DNA of 64,000 nucleotides from Lingula anatina (Eukaryota > Animalia > Brachiopoda), in the NCBI GenBank assembly GCA_051362555.1, contig CM120642.1, positions 25,544,001 through 25,608,000 of the forward strand. Reading direction: 5' to 3'. The translations under genes were made by a program, and so were the position numbers. Below, one piece after another: positions 11,911 to 25,700 of this stretch. The notes beneath the pieces were generated by a model, which was not told the DNA's origin, made no database searches, and worked only from the letters and a program-made list of their open reading frames with translations. Numbering within the stretch: position 1 is the first letter of the stretch; every line of letters starts with the position of its first letter.

Positions 11911-14126
11911 TTGATGAAAAGTTAAATAAAAAAGATAATTAGTTCAATATTACTGTTTGAGATGATATGAGGCATTAAACAAGACTTGCCTATAAGCATG
12001 TCAGACATCAGGCAGTGTTGCGGATCTACAGAAATTTATGCTGAAAATAGAATTTGTATCATACTATTTCAGCGAATTGCACATGTTGGAATTCAGAACT
12101 GATTTGCTTGGCCTATGCATTCATATTATGTGATGGCACACTCTAATTGAAATAGCTGTTTGAGAATTTTTATTTAAAGATGAACCTTCAGTTTTTGATG
12201 TGGACCCATTGGGTGGGTGGCCACAGAGGACAATCTCTAGTTGATCGACTTAATGCTTTGAAAATCATCATGTCCCTTAAGATTATATACAAAGTTTCAG
12301 GGGCTTAGTTTTGCCTTGCCCAGTCTGGTTTTTTTATTAGTCTTATGAAAAATATGTTTACCATAAAATTACATTTTTTATAGTCAAATTATACACCACA
12401 GGCAGTATATTTACTGCTGCTTTACTCATTAATAGTCAATAAGCATGGAGCACTACTGCGTCAATGGCTGTTGAATGTCTTTTTCTATAGCTCTGTTGAT
12501 CAATAAGTCACCCATCTGTATCAGTCGGAGACTTGATATCCTACTGAAGCTCACATTTAGAGTGCAATTTATGTTCACATTTCTGTAATGACACACTTGT
12601 TAATCATTTTTTTGCTGATGGCAGTGTACATAATATCATGTATAGGCTCTGAAATGTACACCATCTGAAGAACTCATTAGATAATCTATATTAATTTAGA
12701 GTTTGAATGTATATACTTTGTGGGATATGGAGACTGTAAAATCAATGAGGTTTCATAATTTTGAATCAAGACATGACTCTTTAAAGATAAATGTAATCAG
12801 GTCAGACATGTGAGTCAATATTTTTTCTTTATAAGAAAACTTAACTTTTACATCTGTATCAATATGTGATTTAGGGCTATGTGTATATATGGCATTGAAT
12901 TGGTAACAAGTTTGGGTAAGCGATTGGGAGATAAATGTTCTTAATATGTTCAAGATTATGTAACAGGAACAACAAACTTGGTCATGAGCTAGTTAGTTGT
13001 CTTTAAATTACTTTGACCCCACGGCCAGTCAGTATAAAGATATTTGTACTTGTAGTTTGGAATGTGTGGGAGCACCTTTAAAATGAAACAGGGTTGTTAT
13101 CATATCTTGCTATGCCATTTGTAGAGATCTGCACCTGTACTATAAAAGCACTGTTTTTAATGCTAAAATATCTTTGCTATTATATGAAGGTGCTATAAAA
13201 TCCTTGGTGTAAGGTTTGAAGGGTAATTTTCTTCTATGTGTTGCTCATTAGATAGAATGCTGCACACATCTTAAAAATGATTCAGGTTTAAATTTCAAAT
13301 AATTTTTTTAAATTTTGGTTCCAGCTAAACAACTTTAGTAGTAGTGTAGATAACAGTGTTATGAATTGTCATTTTACATCCACATTTTTTGGCCAAATAA
13401 TGAGTCAAAATTTGTACGTTTTTTCAGAATTTACTTTTTTGTATAATATTTTGAAATGGGGCATATGACTTTATAAATGAGAGAAAACTATATTTCATAA
13501 TGTATGTTTGACATCATGGTTAATATAATTTAATGAAATTGATGTAAAGAGGAAGAATAATTTTGATCTCATCTCCATAAGTGAAAAATATTCTTAATAT
13601 TAAAAGGCTCTAGCTTTCAGCATTGTCTTATTCACACTGTGTATATACAGATGGCTTCTCTATTCAAGCCAACTTTTTTTTTCTTTGCCAAATGAAAGCT
13701 TATCATGTGATATATTTCTTTGACAATCATGATGTAGATCTTGAACTTTGCAATTTTTTTGTTAATTTGACTTTACATTAGCATTCAATAAACTATTCAA
13801 CTGACATGAGTTGATTTCACAAAGGGAAAAAAGTTAAATATAAATCTAAAAATGTCATTTCAACATTGCTATCTCCACAAAGCAATATAACTGTTTTCTT
13901 GTTTCATTATAAAACTTCAAAATTCATTCCACCAATTAAAAAACTTTTATTCATTGCTTTCTTTCAAATGTTTATAGTAACAACTCAAAATGTTCTGTGA
14001 GGATTATTATATAATTTGCAACATCATTGCAAAGTAAGTACCACAGCTGACTGGAGTAATATTTTCAACATTTTCCATCTGGAGATCCAAGCACTTCTCT
14101 ATTGTCATATCTGAATCAAATTTTCA

Positions 14127-17100
14127 TTAAATTAGTCTTTCTTTTGCTGCGTCTTCTCAACAAATTCCCATGTAGAATTTTCTTTGGATATGTCCTGGAA
14201 AAACAAATACAGACTGAATAAAATGAAAAAAGAGCAGTTAACAAAAAAAGAAATGCAATCTTCCATTTGCACCCGCGATTATCAAATATAAAAGTTTGGG
14301 GACGTAATAAAATGTTCTTCTTATAAATTAATCACCACTTGTACAGAAACCAGCTATTAATTAAATATCTTTAACGTTTTGCCCAAATCATTATACAGAA
14401 AGGATTGATTTCAATAAATAAATAAGAAGCAACAAAAAAAATGAGAATTTTGCTGTACACAATTGTTACATATGCAGACCGACATGTATTTTGTGGAAAC
14501 GCAAAGTAATTGACCTTGAACCTCAAGTACTGACCTTGACTTGGATACCTATCCCCTGCAAGGATCCCCTCAAATCATCACAAGCCTTGAGCAGAGGCTG
14601 TCTGTTGTAGAGGACTTCTTTCTTGATTTGTTTTTTAGCACTTTTATCAGTTTGACCTGCTCAAAGTTACACAACATGGCTGTTAAACAAATACTAAGAT
14701 TTGCTAATATTCTAAGATATTCCTTTCTCCTAAATACAAGTAAAACTTTGAAAATGAAACAACAATCAGATTTAGCCTGATACATAAATTACGAAAATCG
14801 GACATGGCTTGTCAAATGTGTAAATGTGAATGGGCAATACAGCAGACCAGAAGTTACAAAAACAGGAGAAATATTGTATAATTTTTACTCCAAATCAAGG
14901 TAATACAATTACTTATCTAATTACCTTCCATTTGTTTATCTACTTCAGCATTCACATCCAATGCCCATAATCTAACACTCTTCCTGAATTCTAACACTTC
15001 ATCCATCACTTGTCCAAGTTGTACTGCTGAATGGGAGTCTTCACTAGCACCCTTATATGAATGAAAATATATACTGATGCTAAGTTGATTAAACTTTCAA
15101 AATTCAAATTAATTTATTGAACTTCAATAAGTTTCTTTTCCATATAATGTGGCAACAAATGATACTGCCATCTTATTGCATTTCATAACTAGGTATAAAT
15201 AACAAGAATTTTTTTTCATTTGTTTCAAGAATAAACCATATAAACACTTGACCACTTTTTTCACTAGCATGCTCATACACACACACATATATATATATAA
15301 GTTTGAAATGCTCAAGATTCACATACCTTTCTCCCAACAAATCCTACGCCCATGTTATTCATAGTCTGTTCTATAAATTCTGCAATGGCTGCAACAGCAG
15401 CAGGATGCCTTGAACCTGAGCTCTGTGCATGAAAATAAAACAAGGCAGCAAAGCTGTCAAATGTACAGACAAAAAACAGGAAATAACTATGCACAAAATA
15501 GGCTACTGTCAATTCTGATGCAAAAATACATTATGTTAAACTGCAAATTCAACATCAAATTTTAATTATCCTCAACAGGTAATACCAATGTAATTAAAAT
15601 ATGTGACAAGTTTACACTTTGAAAATGTATAACTTCCAGAAAAAGAAGTCACTTAGACTGCTTTTCCAACTCAGACTGCATTTTAGTCCTGTATTTCTTT
15701 TTTGAAAGTTTGGCAATCATAAGTAACATGGTTTTCCCATAATGGTCATCATGGCAGCAGCACCCAAAATTGTGTTTTCTTCTATTCTGATGCAATATTA
15801 CATAATGGTTAACAGCATAATGACCGTCAATTTTTAATAATAAAATATACGTATCATGGATTTTCAGAAAATGTGACTAGCATGGGTCTTCAAGCCCGTG
15901 GAACTTTAAAGTCACACCTTAAAAATGCCAATATGTGAAAAATTAAATTTTCACAAAATAACTGTTTAACTGGCAGTAAGAATTATCAAACAGACTGTAT
16001 TTCCTACTGAAGCTGTATTTTAGTCCCATGTTTCTTTCCTGTAAGTTTGAGAACAGTAAATGACATGGTTTTTCTTAAATGGTCATCATTGGAGCAGTGC
16101 CCAAAATAGTTTGTTTTTTTTTTCAAATTTTGATGCAATATTACATAATGTTTAACAGCATAATGACCATCAACTTTAATAATAAAATATTAGTATTATG
16201 GATATTCAGAAAATGTGACTAGCAAAGTTCTTCAGGCCCATGGAACTTCAAAGTCACAACTTGAAAATGCCAAAATGTAAACAAGACAGCACTGTTCTGA
16301 AATGTTTTTTTTTCCCATTTTTAACAATTTTTAACATAAAACAAAATTAACAGTTTTCTGCCGTTTTTATATGATCAACTAAGAAAATTGATGAGATGGG
16401 AAAAATATCAACAGAGCAGTGTTAAATGTCCAATCTCTTCCATTCTGAGATTCTGAACATAGTGAATGATTGAATCTGACAAACTGCAATGATATGAGTT
16501 TATTTCCATTTTTGAAACTTTATTACACAATACACGATAACAAGTTTACCATCATTTTACATAATCAACTAATAATGTTGTAAAATTGCAGGAAATGCCA
16601 AACAAACACTTTTACGTATCTTATTAGTTCAATAATGAAACTGTTTACATGCCTAAGAATTGAATCTGAGGAAATGTGAAAAAACTGCATTTCTTTAAAA
16701 TAATTGCCCGATTATGCTGATTTTTGAACTCAACCTGCGTTTTAGCAGGAATGACCACTCCTGTGAGTTTAATGACAATTGGCCCATCTGTTTTTCTTAT
16801 ATTGTGTTTACAGTGTTGCATATATGCTGAAAAGTGAAAAAAAAAGCATAACTTCTACATTAATGGCCCGATCATGCTGATTTTCGAACTTGACCTGCAT
16901 TTTATGAATATTCATCAGCTCTGTAAATATACAGCCAAAAAGTAAAACTGCCTTCCACTTATCGTGTTTACAATGAAAGTGCATGGCGCCGGCGACAGCA
17001 ACAGTGACAGCAACGACGGCGACGACAGACGCAGGTGATGGCAATATGTACAGACACATCTGTACATATCAACTGTACTGTTTGAGAACAGTAAGTGACA

Positions 17101-20100
17101 TGGTTTTTCTTAAATGGTCATCATGGGAGCAGTGCCCAAAATAGGTTTTTTTCAAATTTTGATGCAATATTACATAATGTTTAACAGCATAATGATCATC
17201 AATTTTTAATAATAAAATATTAGTATCATGGGCAAATAGTAAACGTGACTTACAAAGGTTTTTAGGCCGATGGAACTTCAAAGTCACGACTTAAAGATGC
17301 CAAAATGTAAACAAGACTGCACTGTTCTGAAATGGGTTTTTTTCCATTTTTAACACTTTTTTAACATAAAACAAAATTAATAGGTTACTGCCATTTTTAT
17401 AAGGTCAACTAAGAAAATTGATGAGATGTGAAAAATATCAATAGAACAGTGTTAAATGTCCAATTTCTTCCATTCTGAGATTCTGAACATAGTGAATGAT
17501 TGAATCTGACAAACTGCAATGATATGAGTTTATTTCCATTTTTGACACTTTATTACACAATACACGATAACAAGTTTACCATCATTTTTACATAATCAAC
17601 TAACAATGTTGTAAAGATGCAGGAAATGTCAAACAAACACTTTTATGTATCTTATTACTTAAATAATAAGGCTATTAACATGCCTAAGAATTAAATCTGA
17701 GGAAATCTGAAGAAATGTGAAAAAACAGCATAACTTCTAAAATAATGCCCCGATTATGCTGATTTTCGAACTCAACCTGCGTTTTAGTAAGACTGACCAT
17801 TCCTGTGAGTTTCATGACAACAGGCCTAACGGTTTTCCTTAAAATGTGTTTACAAGGTTGCATATATGCTGAAAAGTGAAAAAACAGCATAACTTCTACA
17901 GTAATGGCCCAATCATGCTGATTTTCGAACTTGACCTGCGTTTTATGAATATTCATCAGCTCTGTAAATATAAAGCCAAAAAGTAAAACTGCCTTCCACT
18001 TATCGTGTTTACAAGGAAAGTGCACGGCGACGGCATCGGCATCGGCATCGCCATCGCCATCGGCATCGGCATCGGCGACGACAGACGCAGGTGATGGCAA
18101 TATGTACAGACACATCTGTGTCTGTACATAAAAATCATAAAATGACATAACATACCCAAGTTATGACCACTTACTTTTTTATTACAAAATATTTCCAAAG
18201 ACAAAACATATCAGGTACGTATTCACACAAGATTCCATTTTTAAGCTGTAGTTTTTTTTACAGTTTCAGCCCAAAGAGTCTGAAGTTCATACATTCAAAA
18301 CACATTTTTTAACAACAAGCTGCTCGTTACCTCAGCGTCTGCTCGTTTCCCAATTCCAAGTGACACATTTGCTGAGTATACTAAATGTAATATATTCTCG
18401 ACAGCTGCTTGAGTGTTGAAGTCATCAGTCAGAGATTCCATAACCTTACTTCTACTGTCCTGAAGGCTAAAAAAAAAAAAATTTCAGCACTCTCAATGCA
18501 CAGTCAGTTCACAAATGAAGCTAAAATTTCAATTTCAATACAAGATGAAATATTGTCCAGTCATGTACACATCATGTTTGTGTTATAAAAATATCAACAA
18601 TATATGAAGTTATCAGACAGATTTATTTCCTTTTCAGTTACAGATAATTGTGGTGTACCAGTACAGTGCATTCTGTTCACCTTTTCATGAGGTCTGCAGG
18701 ACTGAATGTTTGGCACTGTAATTGTCCTTTTACATACAAATCTGCTGTGTTGAGGAAGGACATCAACTGCTGGTGTATTGCAACAGCCCTTAACATCGTC
18801 TCATCACTGTACTCCAATCCTTAGACGAAAATATTTTGATGCAATCAAACAATCATATATTAACAAGATTGATTAGCATTTTTAGCTTTTAATTAGTATT
18901 TTTAGTTTTTCTCTCAGAATGTTATTTACCTTAAGTTTTCATTGAATCTTGCGCCAAACTTTGTAAACTGTATTTTATTAAGTTTAACCTTGCTATTATT
19001 AATCTGCATGTATTGATTGAATTTTTGTCAGAATAACCAAAATCACTGATGCACACTTTATACCATATATACATCAATATACGCACTGTTCCTATATGGT
19101 GAAAGCATACAAAACATCCTGAACTGATTGGCTGTATATGTCTGCAGTAGTTCTGTTATAGATAATGTATTTTTCAAAGATTTGGACATCTTCTCAGCAT
19201 CACCTTTTGAATGCAGATGTCCTGAAATATGAAGGATTAGACAAACTTTCTTACAACAATTTTCATATACTAGTACATGTAGGTTTCATATATTTGTAAC
19301 AATATAAACTTAACACCCATTGTACCATACTTACATTTGAATGGATTATTTTTACTATTAGAAACCAGTAAAAAGAACAACTCAGTTGACAAAAATGTGT
19401 TAGACCGCATTCTCAACGAATTGAGCCAGGCTTTACAAATCCTGAGAACTAAAAATGGCGGACGTACAGGTACATGAAAGAAAAACCACCTAATCTTTTC
19501 ATAGTCTCTCCGCCTCTCACACGCCTCCCCACACGTCGTCCTGCGGGGTACAGTAATTAAATCTCGGCTCCGAACATGAATATCTCCGTGAATATCTCTG
19601 GTGATATTATCTCCGTAGATAGTCGATTCATTGCTGCTCTACGGGCCAATTCATTCCTTTTTTCCGCAGGGACGACGTGTGGGGAGGCTTGTGAGAGGCG
19701 GAGAGACTATTAAAAGATTACGCGGTTTTTCTTTCATGTACGTCCACCATTTTTAGTTCTCAGGATTTGTAAAGCCTGGCTCAATTCGTTGAGAATGCGG
19801 TCTTAGTTTTAACTTTTTGTGCAAAATAATAATAATAATAACAGGGTAAAGCCTATATATTTAATATGGAAACAACAGAAATGAGAAAAAAATTGCAGCA
19901 TAAGATTTGATAAGACTGTTACCTGTATGCATCCAATAATTGCACCACTGATCACAACCAAGACAAGCCTGGGACTGGGCCAGTTCATTTTCATGGTGTG
20001 GAAACAAAAGGTCTTCACCACCGGTATGAATATCAAGTTTTTCTCCAAAGATAGAACTGTATAAAAGATTATCAAAACCCTTACTAGCTGAAACATTTCA

Positions 20101-22314
20101 TCTTTTATTACCAATACCTTATCAGTTCTACCTCTTGTTTAAGATCGTCATAATATTCTTACAAGTTAATTACAAGAAACAGTCCATTGCAGATGTGTTA
20201 AGAACCTTGCTGGTTGCATAACGTGTATTTAAATGTGTGGATGTGCCCGGCATGTGCATGGATAAGTGTATGTTAAGGTGTATATCATAGTTCTGTTCAC
20301 CTGCAAGCATGCAAGCACACTTATTTGTGCATAGCATGCATAGCATATACTCACTGTGCCATGGCTGAACACTCTATATGCCAACCGGGTCTTCCACGAC
20401 CCCAAGGTGATTCCCACCATGGTTCTCCAGGCTTAGCTGCTTTCCACAAGGCAAAATCTCTTGCACTTCTCTTTTCTGAGATTTCTGAAATATATGACGG
20501 GTACGTACGTACATGTATCTATCAACTTATGCACCAATTGATTGAATAATGTAATGCCTTGTTTTGGGCTTTTACACATGCTGACTATTTTTCTGTAACA
20601 GTTATGCATTTGTCTTTGGGATATACATGTTTTTTTTTTTTTCAGTATGTTTGTAATAGAATCTGTTAAAGTCATTCACAAACCTGCATCTCTTATCTGT
20701 GCATCTACACTGTGTGTCATCAATTTCCCATAGTAGCCATACTGTTCCACATCAAAATAGACACTACCTATGAAAGAGTTAGGGAAAGCTTTGTGTTAAA
20801 CATTCCGGAAAAGAAACAGTTGTAATAGCACTCGAGCTTTAAATGTAATTTTTCCATTTTGGCAATTTTAATGTGCACTTTTTAATAATCATACAAAGCT
20901 TTCTGCATAAAAATCATTATTTCTGAAGAAAAATTAAGTGATCTATACTAGTAGATTATAACCATACTAACCATCTTTTGTGACATATGCTAATTTTTTG
21001 TCCATAATTTGCCTAACAAAATCCAATATCTGTGGAATGTGCTCAGTGACTCTTGTCTTAACAGCAGGTGGTAACACATTAAGAGACAACATATCCCTGT
21101 CAAACTCTTGCTCATACTTTCTTGAGATTGTACTACAATCTGACTGAACCTGTAAATCAATAATACCAGAATATTAAGAGCGTATATACAATTTTGGCAA
21201 TGAGTTTTAATCTGTTAGTGTGCATCTGAAACTGAAGGTAAATTATCATATTCTAATTTTGGCATATCACTCAAAATTCTGTTAATTAATAAGCAAAACA
21301 AGGAATAATTTCAACAATAGTTACTTTGAAATATTGGACATTTGAAGTTACACATTTGTAAATAAATAATGACTAACCTCTATTGATCTTTTTATTATCT
21401 TGTCATCTATATCTGTTATTCCCATGACTTGTACAACATTAATATTAAAGATGCTTTGAAGTATTCTTTTTATGATATCAAACCGAACATATGAGCTGTA
21501 ATGTAAAAAATGCCGCATTACTACAAAAGAATTCATTAATGTGATGTAAAGAAGCAGTGCTTAACATAAATATATATTTCAATGTTACAGTTGTACAGTA
21601 TTTTTGAAATGAATTTTTAGAGTGTCATTGACTAACGTTGGTGTCTTTATACACAGAAGTTAGTTTACATGTACTATTAGTAATAAGCAACAAATCTGCA
21701 ATATCAAGACTGCATCTAAACTAGTTCAGCTACTTTTGTTCAATTTCCTGTGTACCTAGCATGTCCTATGTGAGCTTCATCATAAACTGTTGGACCACAC
21801 ATATACCTGAAGAATATATCAACATTATATAAAGCACAAAATCTAAATATTTCAAGATCATGTTGCAATCTCAAAGATACACTAAAATGCAATAACCTTT
21901 ATAAGTGAGACAGGTGTGGCAAGGCTCATTAGACAGTGCTTGTCTTTTTTTTTTTTTTTTTTTTTTTTTTTCTAAATCAAAATGAATTTTTAAAAGTTTC
22001 CTTTATTCTTCAAAAGACCCAAGATTTTATGTTAATTGAAAAGGGTAATGAAGATTAGGAAACACATACCAGAAAGCTACAGGTCCTGCTGGGAGAACTA
22101 AATAGTCCTTTTTTCTTGTTAAACTGTTGTATACTTTAACCCCAGTATTATGTCCCTGTGGTTCAATCCAAGCTGATTCATTTTTGGTTTTGAAAGAAGA
22201 GGTTGTGCTGAAAAGTTTTGGATAACTGAAATTTCTCCCCTCTGAATAAGATATCCTTAACGCACATTTGACACATGCCCAATACTTGGAATATCCAACA
22301 GGTAAAGCCATCAT
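14127..22314 (-). CDS. CARS2: Cysteinyl-tRNA synthetase, mitochondrial
   Basis: Exons approx. 22314-22069 (transit peptide, [11 protein letters not shown]), 21806-21757 ([20 protein letters not shown] motif), 21496-21378 ([12 protein letters not shown]), 21150-20971, 20768-20684, 20483-20355 ([12 protein letters not shown]), 20057-19923 ([18 protein letters not shown]), 19221-19087 (EKMSKS), 18467-18331, about 15420-15326, 15051-14924, 14656-14535 ([12 protein letters not shown]), 14194-14127 (stop). Confidence 0.93.
15438..18134 (+). mobile_element. Helentron-associated (HINE/DINE-like) non-autonomous element with internal tandem amplification, in a CARS2 intron
   Basis: 5' AACAAGGCAGCAAAGCTGTCAAATGTACAGAC; 3' hairpin ATGTACAGACACATCTGTGTCTGTACAT followed by AAAAAT; subterminal inverted repeat ATGTACAGAC; GC-rich microsatellite near the 3' end; two units of about 1.05 kb (about 16030-17070 and 17080-18130) plus shorter internal repeats. 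Confidence 0.75.
19403..19802. mobile_element. PIF/Harbinger (Tourist)-like MITE, 400 bp, with TIRs of about 145 bp
   Basis: GACCGCATTCTCAACGAATTGAGCCAGGCTTTACAAATCCTGAGAACTAAAAATGG is mirrored exactly at the right end; TTA target-site duplication at 19400-19402 and 19803-19805. Confidence 0.88.
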
Positions 22315-22757
22315 TATAAAATTGGTGTCAATATGTAACAGACCCTAAATATTGTAAAACTCCACACATTCATGCTGTTTCCATTGCATTCAACCTTGAC
22401 CCATTTATAAGTCACACAGGCTAACGCGTGTATATAAGTTCATTACACATTTTCAAACAAAAGTAAAAGTCCTGAAATTCTAGTTAAATAGTTTGCTTTT
22501 GAGAATACTTTTGCATTATTTATGCAAATAATTACTTAATAAAAATATTCATGACTTTAAGTGTTTTTTTAACTATTGACCTATATAAAATCTCAGTATC
22601 AACAATCCGTTGTGATGAAAGCGCCATCGCTAAGAAAACGAGGTCATCGAAAGCGGTATTTGAAAGGGAAATACGTCTTTTGATTGAGTATTTTACCCAT
22701 TAGTCTTTCCAACAAAATAACTGTATATCAATTTCCATGTTCTAGGACTGACAGAAA
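22315..22757. promoter_or_regulatory. Bidirectional promoter region CARS2/ING
   Basis: Divergent start codons about 440 bp apart; CpG-containing patch at 22605-22680. Confidence 0.6.
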
Positions 22758-25700
22758 ATGAGTCTATTGAACCAGGCAGCGGTTGAAGCGCTGTGTTCAG
22801 CGACTTACTTGGACAATTATCTTGATTGCCTGGATAGCTTGCCTGACGATCTTCAAAGGGTTATTTCGCAGATGCGTGAACTAGATGCACAAACTATTGG
22901 TAAGTAGTGGGGTCATTGAAAAAAAGAAACCAAAGGTGATCTCAGAATCAGTTACTTTACGCTTTAGTTAAAGGATAATAACATTTTGATCCTCCCTACC
23001 TTCTCAAACAAATAGGACTTTGCCATTTGCAGTTTAAATAATCGTTTACTCTAATTTCTTTTAAAATTAAATTCTTTATTAAATTACTAGTACGCTGACA
23101 TTCCCTTCATGAATTCAACAAAATAAGGTCTGTCTCAAATTTGAACGCATATTGTAGAAAGAATGTGGTAACTAAAACTCCTAGGTTTTGCACACATTAA
23201 CAGCACCTAATATAACCAATTAGAATTTATACTAGTATTCTTAATTTCAATTCCAACAGTTGCAATAGGTTTGGAGATAGAATACTTGAAAGTTGATGCA
23301 AACCCTTATGCCATCTTCAAGTTCCCAATTTAACCAGAAGTGCTTCTTGTCATTCATTAGTTATATGTGAGATGCTGGTGGATGATTTTCTGATGTCAGG
23401 AGACTTTGTAGTTTTTCCAAATGCAAAGAAAGAGACCCTGCTTGATTGAACATATTATAGTCAACTCAAAACTTGAAACATAATCAGGCAGATAAAATAG
23501 TGCATTTCCAACCTCAAATTATCAGATCAAAAAATGTGCCATAGACCTACCTTACTCAGATATTTTGCATTAAATACGTATGAGCACATTTAAACTTGTT
23601 ATATATTTTGTAACTTTTAACCAGACTTTTACACAAAGAAATTGGTCATTTTATAAACACATGAAATTAATTTTAATTTTAGTCTAAAATGAATATGGCA
23701 ATAAAATCATTATCTTATATTAAAAAAGGGCTTACTTTTTTCTTGTCTACAGTGCCAATTTCATTAAAAGTGAGTCTGCATTTAGTCATTTTTTAAAATT
23801 GTATATTTAGTTTACTTTTTGACTTAGTCTACTGGTAGATACATATTTGCTCTTAATAGGACGTGTTTCTTGAATCTTGATTCATTGTTTTACCAAATTT
23901 TTTTCAACAGATATTATGAATGATCTGGAGCACCACCATGAGAATTATCAAAACGAGAATGATGTAAACAGTGTGAAGAGGTCCATCATACAAGTTCAGA
24001 GATGTCTTATCAAAACTACAGAAATAGGAGATGAAAAGCTTCATCTGGTCTCACAGATCATTGAATTTATTGAAAACAGGACAAGGCAGCTTGAACAGGA
24101 TTTGGAAAATCTAGGTAAATTGTTGAAATTCAAACTTGAAAAGTCTGTGGTATATTTGTTGATTTCCAAAATGATTTTGTTGATGTTGATATTGAAAGTG
24201 TCTCAGTGTAGAGTAATCTGTAATGTAACTTTTTGTTGAGATAAAAGTTTATTTAAAGAAGTTTGCAAGTTGTATTTTTTTACATGTGTGCATTTAGGCA
24301 CTCTTGCCAACTCAAGGTTTTTTAAATGTATTTTCTATGAAGTACTAGTAATTATTTTAATATTTAACTTGATTGTTATAAACTATTGTGTAACTAAGCA
24401 CTTTGTTAATGATAGTAGCTTGCTACTTCCCTATTACCTACAGTGTTACTTTCTCATATATGATGCCAAACAATTCATGTTCAATATAATTGTGTGTATG
24501 TCATATTTTATCATATGTATTTGAACAAATGAAAAAAAACTCAACTTTTAGGTGACAGTTAGTACAGGTGATAGATGAAGTGTGTGTGTGTGTGTCTGCT
24601 TGTACATGTGCGTGCCTGGATAATAAGTAGTCACTCCCTTTCAGCTATGCAGAAACCTTTAATGGGAACAATTAAGAATAATTGGGGTTGCTGTGTAGCT
24701 CATGCTGATCTGTTTGATTGCTCCAGTTGTAATCTGTCAAATTAAGGATAAAGGGTTGATTAATAGTGCCTTTGGTGATTGCACTCACCATATTAATTTG
24801 TATGATTATAGAAGGGGGGATTGCAAAGAAATGATATTAGCTTGATTGGATGAGAGTAATTAGGCAGAGTTTTCTAATTGTGCTCTGCGCATGTTTTTTT
24901 TCACGCAGTGAGAACAAGTTATATTTGAGTAATTCATATATATATACATTGTATTGAAAATAGCAAACAGATTTTATGTACTTATAAATTTAACACTCAT
25001 AGAAGTTTTATTGGTTTCAGTCAGAGCGTCATTGTTTATTGCAAATCATTTTATTTATTGCTCATGAAACAATGTGATAATGTCTCTATTGTGGCTCAAA
25101 TCATCAGAATTTCTTTAGTCCTAAAATCCTTTTCAAATACAATTGAAAAGACAAAAATCCATCCTTTAGGTTGGCTTAGAATAGAATTGTCATGTCCAGC
25201 TGATGTCAAAGAAGACATTTAATCCTACAGTGTCTCCTGAAAAAGAAAAAAAAAGAAAATATCATGATATCATCTGAAACAAGAACATTCTGCTCTGTGC
25301 CATTTTGCTATTTTACTTGCCATGCTTTTCGTATTTATAACTAATCTGAATGTGAGACTTGAGTGTCACTTTTTCACTATTGAAGTAGTCGTTTTTTCTT
25401 TCTGTAGATTCCCTACCTGGCCACACTGATCATCGCAATACAACTAAAACTGACTACAAAAGTACAGCAAAAAATAGTAACAGGGGTTAGTGCTGTTTTG
25501 TGAATATGTCATTTATCAAAACTGTACTGTACAAGCATGTGTATAGTGCATAGTTTGAATGGCATTTTTGGACATTTCCGTTACCTGCATCTTGATCAGA
25601 TATGTTTGTTAACCATGTGGTATTTTGATGGTTGATGAAATGGATGGGTATGCTTCCAAACCTTTTCTTTTTTCTGTATGCACCTGTACCCCTGCACCTC

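Noticed and set aside
16808-18204. Paralogous minus-strand ORFs ([13 protein letters not shown]..., ADADADG repeats)
   Set aside because: Translations of the HINE repeat and its microsatellite inside a CARS2 intron; no coding signature.
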